From assembly GCA_002687895.1 (NCBI GenBank), contig NZBL01000003.1, forward strand, positions 20,821 to 84,820: DNA of 64,000 bases, read 5' to 3'. The position numbers were made by a program, and so were the translations under genes. The notes under the pieces were generated by a model, which saw nothing but the letters and a program-made list of their open reading frames with translations, had not been told where the DNA came from and did no database searches. This document shows, in pieces, positions 54,132-64,000 of this stretch. Source of the stretch: a bacterium. Lineage in GTDB: Bacteria > Patescibacteriota > Patescibacteriia > UBA2169. The number at the start of each line of letters is the position of its first letter. Position 1 is the first letter of the stretch.

Positions 54132-55518
54132 TATTTTGATTAAGATTTACTGCTTTTACAAAATCGTCTCCGCGTTCAAACTCATGCTGCCAAAGATTAA
54201 AGCTTGCAGCTGCTGGAGAGAGTAAGATGATGTTGCCTTTTTTTGCTTGTTCAAGCGCTTTTTCCGCTATAACGCTCATGCTGGTATGGTTTGTATCTAA
54301 ATTGCGAAATTTTTTAAGCGCTTTTTCCTGCTTTATGCTTGCGTCTCCTTTAAGCAGAAAAACTTGTTTGCAATATTTTTTTACTTCTTTTGACCAATCA
54401 TAATAATCAAGTTTTTTATCTGCTCCTCCTGCAATAAGGATTATATTTTTTTTCTTATTGCCAAATCTCTGCAAAGCTGCAATGCCAGCAACTGGAGTGG
54501 TTGCTGTTGTGTCGTTGACAAACGTGATACCGCGCTTGACGCTTATAACCTCTTGCCTACCTTCTAAAATTAATTCTGTGTTTAAAGCTTTCTTGATTTG
54601 GCTATTAGCTACTCCATAAATCTTTGCGGCAGTTATGGCTGCTAAAACATTTTCTAGATTATGCATTCCCTCAAGTTTAATATCTTTGACTGATGCAATG
54701 ACTTCGCGCTTGTTTTCTAAAGCAAACTTGATCTTGTTGTTCTGAACATATGCGCCATGCCCCTTATGATTCTTTTTGGAGAATAAGAAAGTTCTTGAAC
54801 ATGCTTCTTTTTGCCAGTCTCGGACAATATTGTCTTCATCATTTAATATTATGAAGCGGTCTTCGTCTTGATGCTTGAATATTTCCTTTTTAGAGCAATA
54901 ATAATTTGTGAGATTGCGATACCTATTCAAATGATCTGGATAAAGATTTGTAACTACAGCGACATGGGGCGTTCCGCGGACTATATTCAAACCCTCTAAT
55001 TGCCAAGATGACAATTCTAATACCACAAGATCATTCTTTGTGGCGCGATCCACAACATCAAGCATAAATGATGTTTTAATATTTCCCGCGAGGATGGTGC
55101 GCTTATTTTTCTTTTCGCACATGCTTGCGATCAAAGCAGATGTTGTTGATTTACCGCGTGTTCCTGTAACAGCGATGATTTGGGCTTTGCATCTATCAAA
55201 AAATAAACTTGCCTCATTATATACTGGTTTATTTAGGCGGCGAGCAAGCTGAAGATACTTAGATTCTTTCGGCACACCAGGGTTATAGACGATGTAGTCA
55301 GCCCATTTTACATCTCGCTCTTTATGTTTTCCCAATACGTACTTTATACTTTTATGCTTTGCTAGTTTTTCAATGGAGTGAGACAATACTGATTTCTTTT
55401 TTAAATCAGAAATAACAAGTTTAGCGCCATTTTTATGCAGCCATCTAGCAGTTGCCACTCCTCCTCCATGCAGTCCCAAGCCCAATAGGAGTATCTTTTT
55501 ATTCTTGATCTCTATCAT
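54112..55518 (-). CDS. murD: UDP-N-acetylmuramoylalanine--D-glutamate ligase
   Basis: 468 aa; IAVTGTRGKSTT, Mur ligase domains. Confidence 0.85.
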   Translation of the reverse strand: MIEIKNKKILLLGLGLHGGGVATARWLHKNGAKLVISDLKKKSVLSHSIEKLAKHKSIKYVLGKHKERDVKWADYIVYNPGVPKESKYLQLARRLNKPVYNEASLFFDRCKAQIIAVTGTRGKSTTSALIASMCEKKNKRTILAGNIKTSFMLDVVDRATKNDLVVLELSSWQLEGLNIVRGTPHVAVVTNLYPDHLNRYRNLTNYYCSKKEIFKHQDEDRFIILNDEDNIVRDWQKEACSRTFLFSKKNHKGHGAYVQNNKIKFALENKREVIASVKDIKLEGMHNLENVLAAITAAKIYGVANSQIKKALNTELILEGRQEVISVKRGITFVNDTTATTPVAGIAALQRFGNKKKNIILIAGGADKKLDYYDWSKEVKKYCKQVFLLKGDASIKQEKALKKFRNLDTNHTSMSVIAEKALEQAKKGNIILLSPAAASFNLWQHEFERGDDFVKAVNLNQNNDSTKK

Positions 55519-56570
55519 AAGCTACTGTCAATCAAAAACAGGATAAACCCTAAAACAGCAGTTACGCCGGAAATTACCCAAAACCTCATTACAATTTTAG
55601 GCTCGCTCCAGCCTATTGCCTCAAAGTGATGATGAATCGGCGTTGATAAAAATACTTTCTTTTTGCAAATCTTTTTAGACAGTTGCTGCACAATTACAGA
55701 TCCAGATTCAAGCACAAACAAGAAGCAAATCACAGGCAAAAACAAAGCAGTATTAGTTAACATAGCCACAATGCCCAATGTGACGCCTAAGCCCATTGAT
55801 CCTGTATCCCCCATAAAAAATCTAGCCGGCGCAATATTAAACCATAAAAAAGCTAATAAAGCTCCCACAATCACTCCGCAAAAAGTTGCTAATTCAAATC
55901 TGCCAACTACAAAAGCCATAGCTCCAAAAGAAGCAAAAGCCGCAATTAATAATCCTCCAGCTAATCCATCTAAACCATCTGTATTATTAACAGAAAAAGA
56001 AGTTGCGACAATTATGAATATAAATATTGGGATATACCATAAGCCAATCTCAAAATTTCCAACAAAAGGCACATGTATCAAATCCCAGTCTAGCTTATAA
56101 AAAAACCATAAAGAACCTACTATTGCTATTACAGTATACACAATTAATCTGTGCCAAACGCTGAACCCTCCTTTAAAAATACCCTTGCCCCTAATATTAA
56201 GCCAATCATCAGCTAAACCTATTAAAGAAGACGCAACTAAAGCGCCCAAAGGAAGCAATGTCTCTCCCCTATCCAAAAAATTAAATCCAGCCAAGCGCGA
56301 CTCTGGGTATATCTTTTCCACATAAAAAAATACTAATATGATAACAAGCACGCTCATCCATATTAATATTCCTCCCATTGTCGGAGTTCCTGCTTTTTTA
56401 CTGTGCAATCTCGCGAATATAGGCGCTCGCGCCTTATCGCGTATAGACTTGCCAAGCTTATACTTATATAGAAAGTGAGATAAAACAGGAGTCAGCCCAA
56501 TAGCAGCTGCAAAAGCGAGTGATGTTAAAATAAAAATCTTAATTACTGGAAACAAAGATATGTAATCCAT
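55515..56570 (-). CDS. mraY: Phospho-N-acetylmuramoyl-pentapeptide transferase
   Basis: 351 aa; DDWLNIRGKG, NNTDGLDGLAGG, 10 TMs. Confidence 0.9.
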   Translation of the reverse strand: MDYISLFPVIKIFILTSLAFAAAIGLTPVLSHFLYKYKLGKSIRDKARAPIFARLHSKKAGTPTMGGILIWMSVLVIILVFFYVEKIYPESRLAGFNFLDRGETLLPLGALVASSLIGLADDWLNIRGKGIFKGGFSVWHRLIVYTVIAIVGSLWFFYKLDWDLIHVPFVGNFEIGLWYIPIFIFIIVATSFSVNNTDGLDGLAGGLLIAAFASFGAMAFVVGRFELATFCGVIVGALLAFLWFNIAPARFFMGDTGSMGLGVTLGIVAMLTNTALFLPVICFLFVLESGSVIVQQLSKKICKKKVFLSTPIHHHFEAIGWSEPKIVMRFWVISGVTAVLGFILFLIDSSL

Positions 56571-56573
56571 AAT

Positions 56574-56942
56574 TTATGATAAACTTTTTAATAGTGCCAG
56601 CATTAACGACACAAGCAAAATAAGCTCCATAAGCAATGTCAGTCCAAGCAAAACTCCTTGCCACAATTTATTATCCTTTAAAACCAGCTTGCTTATTGCT
56701 GAATTAACAATCATTATAATGCTTCCAAGCGTTGGAAACAAAAACAAATCAAACTTCGGCCCAAACCTGTCAAAGCCGAAATATATAGTGTAATGTAGTG
56801 GTATAAAACTTTCTGAAGCTTGAAATCGCCAAACCACAATAAACCAAATCACAAATAGCACAAACAATGAAGCTCCAAAGAGAATATATAAATAAATTAA
56901 AGAATTTCTTTTTCCTAAATTCATAAATCTATAATACAACAT
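56574..56942 (-). CDS. Small 3-TM membrane protein of unknown function at the head of the dcw-like block
   Basis: 122 aa ORF, hydrophobic; abuts mraY. Confidence 0.4.
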   Translation of the reverse strand: MLYYRFMNLGKRNSLIYLYILFGASLFVLFVIWFIVVWRFQASESFIPLHYTIYFGFDRFGPKFDLFLFPTLGSIIMIVNSAISKLVLKDNKLWQGVLLGLTLLMELILLVSLMLALLKSLS

Positions 56943-57049
56943 TTTTATGATTTAGTCTACTTAACTTATAATAACGCGTATTTTAAAGCTCTTGTGTTAA
57001 ATCATTAGTTTCTGTTATAATAAACTAGTTACTATAGAGCAAAAATAAA

Positions 57050-58834
57050 ATGCTTTCTGATAAAAAAACAAAAGAAATTCTTGAAAAAAATAATCTTCTT
57101 GAGCCAGAGCAAATCAAGGAATTTTCACAAAAGGCAGAAAAGAAAAATCAACAGCTAGATGTCTTCTTAATCGCGGGCAATGTGATTACAGAAGATATTT
57201 TGTACAACGCTGTCGCAACAAGCCATGACCTGCCTTTTGTAAACCTTAAAGACAAGGCCATCAACCAAGATGTGCTTTTTTTAATTCCAGAACCAATAGC
57301 AAGCACATACCATATAATTGCTTTTGAAAAAACAGATAAAGAACTAAGCGTGGCAATGATAGATCCAGATGATGTGCAGACAATTGAATTTATAAAAAGA
57401 AAAGTAAACCTTCCAGTAAAAATATACATTTCTACTCCAGGAGCCATAAAAGACGCGGCCAAAGCATATCATAAAAGCTTGGAAACAGAGCTTAAGTCAA
57501 TTAATAAAAAAACAAATGTAAGGGTTTCAGCAGTGGTAAAAGGAGGTGAAAAAGGTAAAAAGCAGTCCCAGCTTCAAGATCTAGCCCAAGATGTTCCAGT
57601 AATCAGAGTTGTGGACACTTTGCTTGAATACGCGATTTTTGAAGGAGCAAGCGACATACACATAGAGCCAGCGGAAAAATCCGTAATAGTCAGATTTAGA
57701 ATAGACGGAATATTAAGAGAAGTAATGAATCTGCCTAAAAAGCTGCAAGACGGCATATTAGCACGCATAAAAATACTTTCCAATTTAAAGCTGGATGAAC
57801 ACAGGCTTCCCCAAGACGGCAGATTTAAAATTGAGACTAAAGAATATAAAATTTCATTCCGCGTGTCTATTTTGCCGGTATTTGACGGCGAAAAAGCTGT
57901 AATGCGCCTGCTTGATGAAGGCAAAAAAATCCTTGATTTAGAAGAGCTTGGACTAAACAGCCAATCCTTGAAAATTGTTAAGCAGAATCTTGCTAAGCCT
58001 CATGGAATGATTTTAGTAACAGGCCCAACAGGCTCTGGTAAAACCACAACATTATACACAATGGTAAACCTGCTAAATACCACTAAAGTGAACATCGCGA
58101 CTGTGGAAGACCCTATTGAATATCGAATGTCCAAAATCAACCAATCCCAGGTTAACCCAAAAATTGAATTCACTTTCGCCAAAGGCTTAAGAGCGCTTTT
58201 GCGCCAAGATCCAGACATAATAATGGTAGGAGAAATCAGAGACAAGGAAACAGCGTCAATCGCAATAAATGCGGCAATGACAGGACATCTTGTGCTTTCT
58301 ACTCTGCATACAAACGACGCTCCAACTACTCTTCCAAGGCTTTTAGATATGGGCATTGAGCCTTTCCTTGTAAGCTCAACAGTTAACATGATTTTAGCGC
58401 AAAGGCTTGTGCGCAAGCTGTGCCAGCAGTGCATTTCAAGCTACAACCTTACTGCCCAAGAAGTAGAACAGATGAATAAAGACCATGGAATAAATATAGA
58501 AAATCTTACAAAAATGCTTTCTAAAGCAGAAACTTCCAAAGAAAAAACTCCTAAAGCTTCCGCGCAAAACAGGGATCTTTCATCTATATTATTTTTTAAG
58601 GGAAAAGGATGCAATAAATGCGGAAACTTAGGATATAAAGGAAGAATTGGAATATATGAAGTGCTTGATATGACAGAAGAAATCAAGCACTTGGTAGCCT
58701 CGCGAGCTACAGCAGATGATATACTCGCAAAAGCGCGCGAAAATGGAATGCTAAGCATGCTGGAAGATGGATTCTTAAAAGCTAAATCAGGAATTACAAG
58801 CATAGAAGAATTATTAAGAGTAATAAAGGAGTAA
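57050..58834 (+). CDS. pilB: Type IV pilus assembly ATPase PilB (GspE family)
   Basis: 594 aa; Walker A LVTGPTGSGKTTTLY, GEIRD, tetracysteine CQQC...CNKC. Confidence 0.85.
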   Translation: MLSDKKTKEILEKNNLLEPEQIKEFSQKAEKKNQQLDVFLIAGNVITEDILYNAVATSHDLPFVNLKDKAINQDVLFLIPEPIASTYHIIAFEKTDKELSVAMIDPDDVQTIEFIKRKVNLPVKIYISTPGAIKDAAKAYHKSLETELKSINKKTNVRVSAVVKGGEKGKKQSQLQDLAQDVPVIRVVDTLLEYAIFEGASDIHIEPAEKSVIVRFRIDGILREVMNLPKKLQDGILARIKILSNLKLDEHRLPQDGRFKIETKEYKISFRVSILPVFDGEKAVMRLLDEGKKILDLEELGLNSQSLKIVKQNLAKPHGMILVTGPTGSGKTTTLYTMVNLLNTTKVNIATVEDPIEYRMSKINQSQVNPKIEFTFAKGLRALLRQDPDIIMVGEIRDKETASIAINAAMTGHLVLSTLHTNDAPTTLPRLLDMGIEPFLVSSTVNMILAQRLVRKLCQQCISSYNLTAQEVEQMNKDHGINIENLTKMLSKAETSKEKTPKASAQNRDLSSILFFKGKGCNKCGNLGYKGRIGIYEVLDMTEEIKHLVASRATADDILAKARENGMLSMLEDGFLKAKSGITSIEELLRVIKE

Positions 58835-58847
58835 GCATAATTCATAC

Positions 58848-60032
58848 ATGCCAATATCAACAACTAATGCCAAACCAAAAACTCTGAATAATGAGCATGG
58901 TTCTAATAGTTCTGATAATTTTAATGCTCTTGAAAAAAAACTGCTAAATCCAGATGGAATAAACCAAAAATTTGATCTTTTATTTGATGTAATAAGATCT
59001 GTTCCAGCAGATGAAAAAATTTTTTTCACGCAGAACTTCGGAGTAATGCTCAAGAGCGGGCTTGCTGCTGCGCGATCTTTAAGAACGCTTACTTTGCAGG
59101 CTAACAACCCCAAATTCGCCAGAACCCTGGCAAAAATTACAAGAGATGTGGAAAAAGGCCTGCCAATCGCGGATTCCATGGGAAAATACCCAAAAGTATT
59201 TTCTCCGATATTCGTGAACATGGTGCGGGCCGGAGAAAAATCAGGACAGCTTGAGCCTGTTCTGCAGGAGCTGACTCGCCAGCTTAAGCGCAGCCACCAG
59301 CTTAAACAAAAAGTAAAAGGCGCTTTAATGTATCCAATTGTTATTCTTGTGGCAATGGTAGCTATTGGAACTGGCATGGTGCTGTTTATCATTCCAAAGC
59401 TTCTTACAATTTTCACGGAAATGAGCGTGGATCTGCCCATAGCAACTAGAATATTGATTTATATTTCTACCTTGATAAATAATAATATATTTATTGTAGC
59501 GCCTATAGTTATATTAGGCTCTGGATTTCTTGTGTATATAACAAGAAAAGGCCCAGGCCAGCGCATTTGGCATAAAATAATCCTTAAAATGCCTATTGTA
59601 AAAAAAATAGCAATTAAAATAAATCTAGCTAAAATATCAAGAACCTTAAGCTCACTTCTCGCAACTGACATGCCTATTGTAGACAGCTTAAAGCTTTCTT
59701 CTAATGTCATAAAAAACATGGAATACAGAGCATCTTTATTGGAAATAGCGTCTAAAGTGGAAAAAGGAGAAACCATTTCCAGCCATTTAGCAAGATACGA
59801 AAAACTCTACCCTCCTGTTGTTCAGCAAATGATGCAGGTTGGAGAAGAAACAGGAGAAATATCCAACATACTTAACCAGCTTGCGGAATTTTACGAGGAA
59901 GATGTTCGCCAAACAATGGAATCTTTACCAACTATTATTGAGCCTGTGCTGATCATTCTTTTAGGAGGCGCTGTTGGCGGCATGGCAATAGCGGTTATTA
60001 CGCCTATGTTCTCTTTGGCTAATGCTGTTTAA
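58848..60032 (+). CDS. pilC: Type IV pilus platform protein PilC (GspF family)
   Basis: 394 aa; two GspF repeats, three TMs. Confidence 0.85.
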   Translation: MPISTTNAKPKTLNNEHGSNSSDNFNALEKKLLNPDGINQKFDLLFDVIRSVPADEKIFFTQNFGVMLKSGLAAARSLRTLTLQANNPKFARTLAKITRDVEKGLPIADSMGKYPKVFSPIFVNMVRAGEKSGQLEPVLQELTRQLKRSHQLKQKVKGALMYPIVILVAMVAIGTGMVLFIIPKLLTIFTEMSVDLPIATRILIYISTLINNNIFIVAPIVILGSGFLVYITRKGPGQRIWHKIILKMPIVKKIAIKINLAKISRTLSSLLATDMPIVDSLKLSSNVIKNMEYRASLLEIASKVEKGETISSHLARYEKLYPPVVQQMMQVGEETGEISNILNQLAEFYEEDVRQTMESLPTIIEPVLIILLGGAVGGMAIAVITPMFSLANAV

Positions 60033-60480
60033 TAAAATGAAAAAATATATTAATAAGTTAAATGCGCTCACATTAATAGAGCTCATAACCGTGATTGCAA
60101 TCATAGGCATTTTAGCAACAATTAGTGCTGGGTTTATAAAAATCTATCAGCCAAATATCCAACTCATAGGTGCAAATAGAACCTTAAAAGCAAACATCGA
60201 GCATGCGCGCAGCCAAACAGTGGCCCAGCAGCAAACATTTGGCATACACTTTTCGATTTCGCAAGATACTTATGAACTAAGAAAACTAGGAGCAACAATA
60301 GAAACATACTCTTTGCCGCAATCAATCACCTTTTCAAGTATTGGGCCGTTTACTGATGATTTTGTAAGCTTTAACAAAGCAGGGGCAGCAAGCGAATCAG
60401 GAAGTATTGTACTCCAAAATATAAGAGGAGACACCAAAACAGTAACCATCAACCCATCTGGATATGTTCAGTCAAATTAA
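60022..60480 (+). CDS. Prepilin-type N-terminal cleavage/methylation domain protein (pilin/pseudopilin)
   Basis: LTLIELITVIAIIGILATISAGF class III signal/N-methylation motif. Confidence 0.7.
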   Translation: MLFNKMKKYINKLNALTLIELITVIAIIGILATISAGFIKIYQPNIQLIGANRTLKANIEHARSQTVAQQQTFGIHFSISQDTYELRKLGATIETYSLPQSITFSSIGPFTDDFVSFNKAGAASESGSIVLQNIRGDTKTVTINPSGYVQSN

Positions 60481-60895
60481 AAACAACAAACAAGGAATAA
60501 GCTTAATTGAAATTATTATTAGTATTTCTGTTCTTGCTATTGGCATTTTAGGATTGCTTCAGGCTTTTCCGCGCGGAGTTGCAACCCAAAGGACCATTGA
60601 GCTTGAAACAATTGGCAACCATTTAGCCCAAGAAAAATTTGAAGAATTTGCAGCTCTGACTTATGAAGATATTGCAACTGGAACACTTGAAAACCAAGTT
60701 CGCATGTCTAGTGACCAAGGCGACCCATTTTATCATTTTAAGCGAACAACAGTCGTAGAGCTTGTTGACCAAGATATGATAGTCACAGGAGGAGACATTG
60801 GACTCAAAAAAATTACCGTGACCTTGAGCTGGCCACGCCCACTTAATGGAGCAACTGATTCGCTTACCATGGTCACACTAGTAAGCAAACGATGA
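60464..60895 (+). CDS. Pilin-like protein
   Basis: GISLIEIIISISVLAIGILGLLQAF prepilin-type N-terminus. Confidence 0.6.
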   Translation: MFSQIKNNKQGISLIEIIISISVLAIGILGLLQAFPRGVATQRTIELETIGNHLAQEKFEEFAALTYEDIATGTLENQVRMSSDQGDPFYHFKRTTVVELVDQDMIVTGGDIGLKKITVTLSWPRPLNGATDSLTMVTLVSKR

Positions 60896-60896
60896 T

Positions 60897-61454
60897 ATGA
60901 ATAAAAGAGGTTTTACATTATTTGAAGCATTAATTGCCATTACAGCTGGAGTCACGCTGCTCGGGCTTGTGATGTCTATTTACCTGCTTTCAATTAAGTC
61001 TCTTAGTTTAGGGCAAAATAGAGCTGAGCTAACTCAAGACTCGCGCATTATTATTGAGCGCATAACCCGCGATTTTAGGGAAGCGCGTGATATTGCGACA
61101 ATACTTCCAGAGGACAGCGATGACGTAGAAAATCCTCCGACAAATGATGTGGAATTACAGGATGGACACACTCAAATTCTGCAGTACATTAGATACTATT
61201 TATCTGGAACTGACTTAAAAAGGCAAATTAGGCAATATTCATTTGCATCTGACCCTACTGTGCTAGTGCCTTTTGATGCTGAAGATGATTTTAGCAATCC
61301 TCCTGATCTTGTAATTTTATCAGATAATATAGTGGGTGAATTTGTAAACGATATAGATTATTATGGCGATAATCCGATTTTTATTGAGCTAACCCTTATA
61401 GAAGGAGATATAACACATAAGACCAGAACAACTATTTATGGACGAAACCTGTAA
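60897..61454 (+). CDS. Pilin-like protein (minor pilin, PilW-like)
   Basis: KRGFTLFEALIAITAGVTLLGLVMSIYLL prepilin-type N-terminus. Confidence 0.6.
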   Translation: MNKRGFTLFEALIAITAGVTLLGLVMSIYLLSIKSLSLGQNRAELTQDSRIIIERITRDFREARDIATILPEDSDDVENPPTNDVELQDGHTQILQYIRYYLSGTDLKRQIRQYSFASDPTVLVPFDAEDDFSNPPDLVILSDNIVGEFVNDIDYYGDNPIFIELTLIEGDITHKTRTTIYGRNL

Positions 61455-62658
61455 TCATAATCAATCTGGGTTTCTTTTAATATCATCGTTATTTATTTTA
61501 ACGACCATGATTATTATTGTGAGCTTTTATCTTTCTGCTGTGCTCCTTGAGGTAAAGGTGGCGCAAATAATTGATACTACTCCCCAGGCATATTATCTTG
61601 CAGAATCAGGAATCCAAGAAGCTTTTTGGAAGCTGCAAAATGACGCAGCTTATAAAACAAACTTTGAAACTGATCCAAATTGGTCAACAAGCTTTACTAG
61701 GAATGATTCATTGGTTAGCGGAGGCTCATATAATGTAAGCATACAAAACCAAGATATAGCACGCGCGATTATCACAGCTACAAGCACTATTTCCGTGCGC
61801 GACACTCAAGCGCAAAGAGTGGTTGAGGTAGGAGTTTTTAAAGCAATTAACGATGATCCTATTACAGCCACGACTTTGATAGCTAATAATGATATTAAAG
61901 GAATCGGAAGCAATGTAAGCGTTACTGGAGGCGAAATATTTGCAAATGATGATATTGATCTTGCTTTTTTCAGCACTTGGTCCACAGACCAAACCGCAAA
62001 AGCAGTTCATGAAGTTGATGTTAGCGTATCATCTAACTTAACTGCCACTTTAGGCATTTTTGATGAAGACAATCCTCCTATTCCAAGCACCATTTTAATA
62101 CCAGAAATTGATTTTGACTCAACTGCGACAAGCTCGTATAAATCCTTAGCTAACCAAGTATATACTAGAAGCGAGTTTAGAAATCTGCTTAAAAATTTTC
62201 CAATAACAACGCTTAACGGCATCACATATGTTACTGGCAGCATATATATCAAAAAAGGCCAATTACTTACAATTAACGGCGCGCTTGTAGCTGACGGCTC
62301 TATTGGAGTTGGGAGCGGATTTAGCTTTAGCGGTACGCCAGCTACATTAATAGTTAATAAAGTTGGAGATGACCCATCAGGACTAATCAGTAAAAAAAAT
62401 ATTACTATTGGAGGATTTTCTTCTGATGTGGATATTAATGGATTAGTATATGCAGGAGGAAACTTTATAATAACAGATGGAATTTGGGAAAATGTTGACA
62501 CAGATATTGAAGGAGCAGTTATTGCGCAAGATATAAAAATACTTATGTCATGGGATCCAACCACAATGCTGTTAAACGAAGCATATATACTTGATGCCTT
62601 AGGAGAACCTTTATTTTCTCAAATACTCTTTATTAATCATTGGGAAGAGGAATTCTAA
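61438..62658 (+). CDS. Minor pilin-like protein (PilX-like N-terminus)
   Basis: SGFLLISSLFILTTMIIIVSFYLSAVLLE; 406 aa Ser/Thr/Asn-rich. Confidence 0.5.
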   Translation: MDETCNHNQSGFLLISSLFILTTMIIIVSFYLSAVLLEVKVAQIIDTTPQAYYLAESGIQEAFWKLQNDAAYKTNFETDPNWSTSFTRNDSLVSGGSYNVSIQNQDIARAIITATSTISVRDTQAQRVVEVGVFKAINDDPITATTLIANNDIKGIGSNVSVTGGEIFANDDIDLAFFSTWSTDQTAKAVHEVDVSVSSNLTATLGIFDEDNPPIPSTILIPEIDFDSTATSSYKSLANQVYTRSEFRNLLKNFPITTLNGITYVTGSIYIKKGQLLTINGALVADGSIGVGSGFSFSGTPATLIVNKVGDDPSGLISKKNITIGGFSSDVDINGLVYAGGNFIITDGIWENVDTDIEGAVIAQDIKILMSWDPTTMLLNEAYILDALGEPLFSQILFINHWEEEF

Positions 62659-62661
62659 TAT

Positions 62662-63717
62662 ATGAAGATATTGACGAATAAATTTGATTTATTTGGACTG
62701 GATATAGGAGACAGATCCCTAAAGCTGGCATATCTTGAGCCAATCGGAAAAAAAGCCATATTAAAAAGCGCAAGCTCTATAGATGTTCCAAAAGGAGTTT
62801 TTGATAAAGGCGCCTTAATTAAGCCGGAAGTTTTTTGCGAAAACTTGACTAAGCTTATTGCAAAATCCGCTCCTAAAAAAATAAGCACAAAATACGTGCA
62901 TGCCTGCCTTCCTGAAACCCATACATTTATCAAGCTTCTTTCCATAGAAACAGGCACGCGAGAGGAGATTTCAGCCCTAATCCGCGAAGAGCTGCCGCGC
63001 CATGTTCCTTTGGATATAAATGAAAGCTATATTGACTGGAATATTGCGCCCAGCGCAAAGCCAAATCCAGGCCAAGTTCAGGTTTTGGTTGGAGCAATAC
63101 CCAAAAAAACATCAGACGCGTACACTAATTCCTTAAAGCATTGCGGACTTGTGCCTGTTTCTCTGCAGATTGAGGCGCAGGCGATTTTGCGCTGCCTTTT
63201 GCCGTTTGAGCCTAAGGCGGAAAACCCTTTTGTTATTATTGATATTGGAGCAACGCGATCCAGCTTTATTTATTATGACTATGGAACAATACAATTCACA
63301 GTAAGCGCGCCTTTTTCCAGCGAAGACATAACAGATATAATATCAAGCCAATTAAGCCTTTCCAAAGAAGACGCGGAAAAAGCAAAAATCAGCATTGGAC
63401 TAGACCCTAAAAAAGGCCAAGCATCTCTTATAAAAATTCTAGATCCAATGATAAAGGAACTTGCGCAATCCATTCAAAAAAACAATTCTTTTTATTTGGA
63501 GCATTTTCCTGGAGCGCGCCCAATTACATCCTTAATGCTGTGCGGAGGCGGATCCCTGCTTTCCGGCCTGCCAGAGCTCTTAGAAAAGGAAATTCCAAAT
63601 ATTAAAATTAGTCTTGGAAACCAAATGCAGCATATACAGGAAAACAAAGATATCAGCCTTAATCTGGCATATACAACCGCGATTGGCTTAGGATTAACCA
63701 ATGTATTTGATTCATGA
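62662..63717 (+). CDS. pilM: Type IV pilus assembly protein PilM (actin-like)
   Basis: 351 aa; LFGLDIGDRSLKLAYLE, IIDIGATRSSF. Confidence 0.75.
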   Translation: MKILTNKFDLFGLDIGDRSLKLAYLEPIGKKAILKSASSIDVPKGVFDKGALIKPEVFCENLTKLIAKSAPKKISTKYVHACLPETHTFIKLLSIETGTREEISALIREELPRHVPLDINESYIDWNIAPSAKPNPGQVQVLVGAIPKKTSDAYTNSLKHCGLVPVSLQIEAQAILRCLLPFEPKAENPFVIIDIGATRSSFIYYDYGTIQFTVSAPFSSEDITDIISSQLSLSKEDAEKAKISIGLDPKKGQASLIKILDPMIKELAQSIQKNNSFYLEHFPGARPITSLMLCGGGSLLSGLPELLEKEIPNIKISLGNQMQHIQENKDISLNLAYTTAIGLGLTNVFDS

Positions 63718-64000
63718 AATATACTTATCTAAATCTTATTCCTAAAGACCATAAGCTCCGCTTAAAAAGGGAAAAAATGTTTTATTTGATCCACAGCATT
63801 GTAGGGCTGTTAGTTGTTGTAATAGCAGTCAACGCTGTTCTATTGAGCATTGCCAGATTCATACTTATAAACCACTTTAACCAGCTAAAAGATGAAACTT
63901 CTTTGGTAAATGTAGAGCACAGCATGCTGCAGGATAATATAAAGCAGGTAAACAACAGGATTGAGGACATAGCAGCCATGCAAATGTCACACACTAAGTG
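63714..64000 (+). CDS. pilN: PilN-like inner-membrane pilus assembly protein, partial (runs off the window end)
   Basis: ATG overlaps the pilM stop (ATGA); MKYTYLNLIPKDHKLRLKREKMFYLIHSIVGLLVVVIAVNAVLLSIARF... short cytoplasmic N-terminus, one TM, then coiled coil. Confidence 0.55.
   Translation, partial: MKYTYLNLIPKDHKLRLKREKMFYLIHSIVGLLVVVIAVNAVLLSIARFILINHFNQLKDETSLVNVEHSMLQDNIKQVNNRIEDIAAMQMSHTK

Noticed and set aside
1-64000. CRISPR arrays, rRNA genes, transposases, integrases, phage genes
   Set aside because: No regularly spaced direct repeats, no rRNA-like conserved blocks, no DDE/tyrosine-recombinase-like ORFs seen in any frame.

Overview
The window is AT-rich (about 35% GC), gene-dense, and reads like a small-genome bacterium, possibly Patescibacteria/CPR-like; that lineage call is inference, not shown by the sequence. 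Every call rests on reading motifs in the supplied six-frame translations and the raw sequence; no database searches were run. Core housekeeping blocks make up most of the window:
- Cell division and morphogenesis: ftsB-like, ftsE-ftsX, an EnvC-like M23 peptidase, ftsQ-ddl-alr, PBP2-mreD-mreC-mreB plus a second mreB copy, and a reduced dcw block (murC-murG-ftsW-murD-mraY).
- Translation and transcription: def-fmt, gltX, lysS, greA, frr, and a ribosomal block rpsI-rplM-rplQ-rpoA-rpsD-rpsK-rpsM-rpmJ-infA.
- Three tRNAs: Gly-CCC, Thr-CGT, Gln-TTG.
- A cell-envelope glycan cluster at about 35.5-46.5 kb with five GT2, one GT4, Wzy-like and Wzx-like proteins.
- A type IV pilus cluster: pilB, pilC, four pilin-like genes, pilM, and a partial pilN at the window end.

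The non-routine signals are local and small:
1. A GC-rich leader with a small SD-bearing ORF and an intrinsic terminator sits immediately upstream of a secreted GH73-like repeat protein (14.16-14.47 kb).
2. A compositionally atypical island at 32.76-33.64 kb carries two small acidic ORFs, paired palindromes and a tiny SD-bearing ORF, next to a stand-alone prephenate-dehydratase-like gene.
3. Two adjacent cysteine-rich mini-proteins (CxxCxGxG-type and zinc-ribbon-type) are embedded in the glycan cluster at 41.37-41.78 kb.
4. A P-II (GlnB-like) gene has a non-canonical 3' half that lies antisense to a strongly SD-preceded secreted mini-peptide ORF.
5. There is an in-frame TagA/WecG-Nudix fusion protein.
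6. A RHH-RelE/ParE-type toxin-antitoxin pair is present.
7. rpoA lacks a C-terminal domain and ends in an acidic tail.
8. GC-rich candidate structured-RNA patches lie next to the tRNA genes.

No CRISPR array, rRNA, transposase or integrase was recognised. None of these is proven to be a new system.
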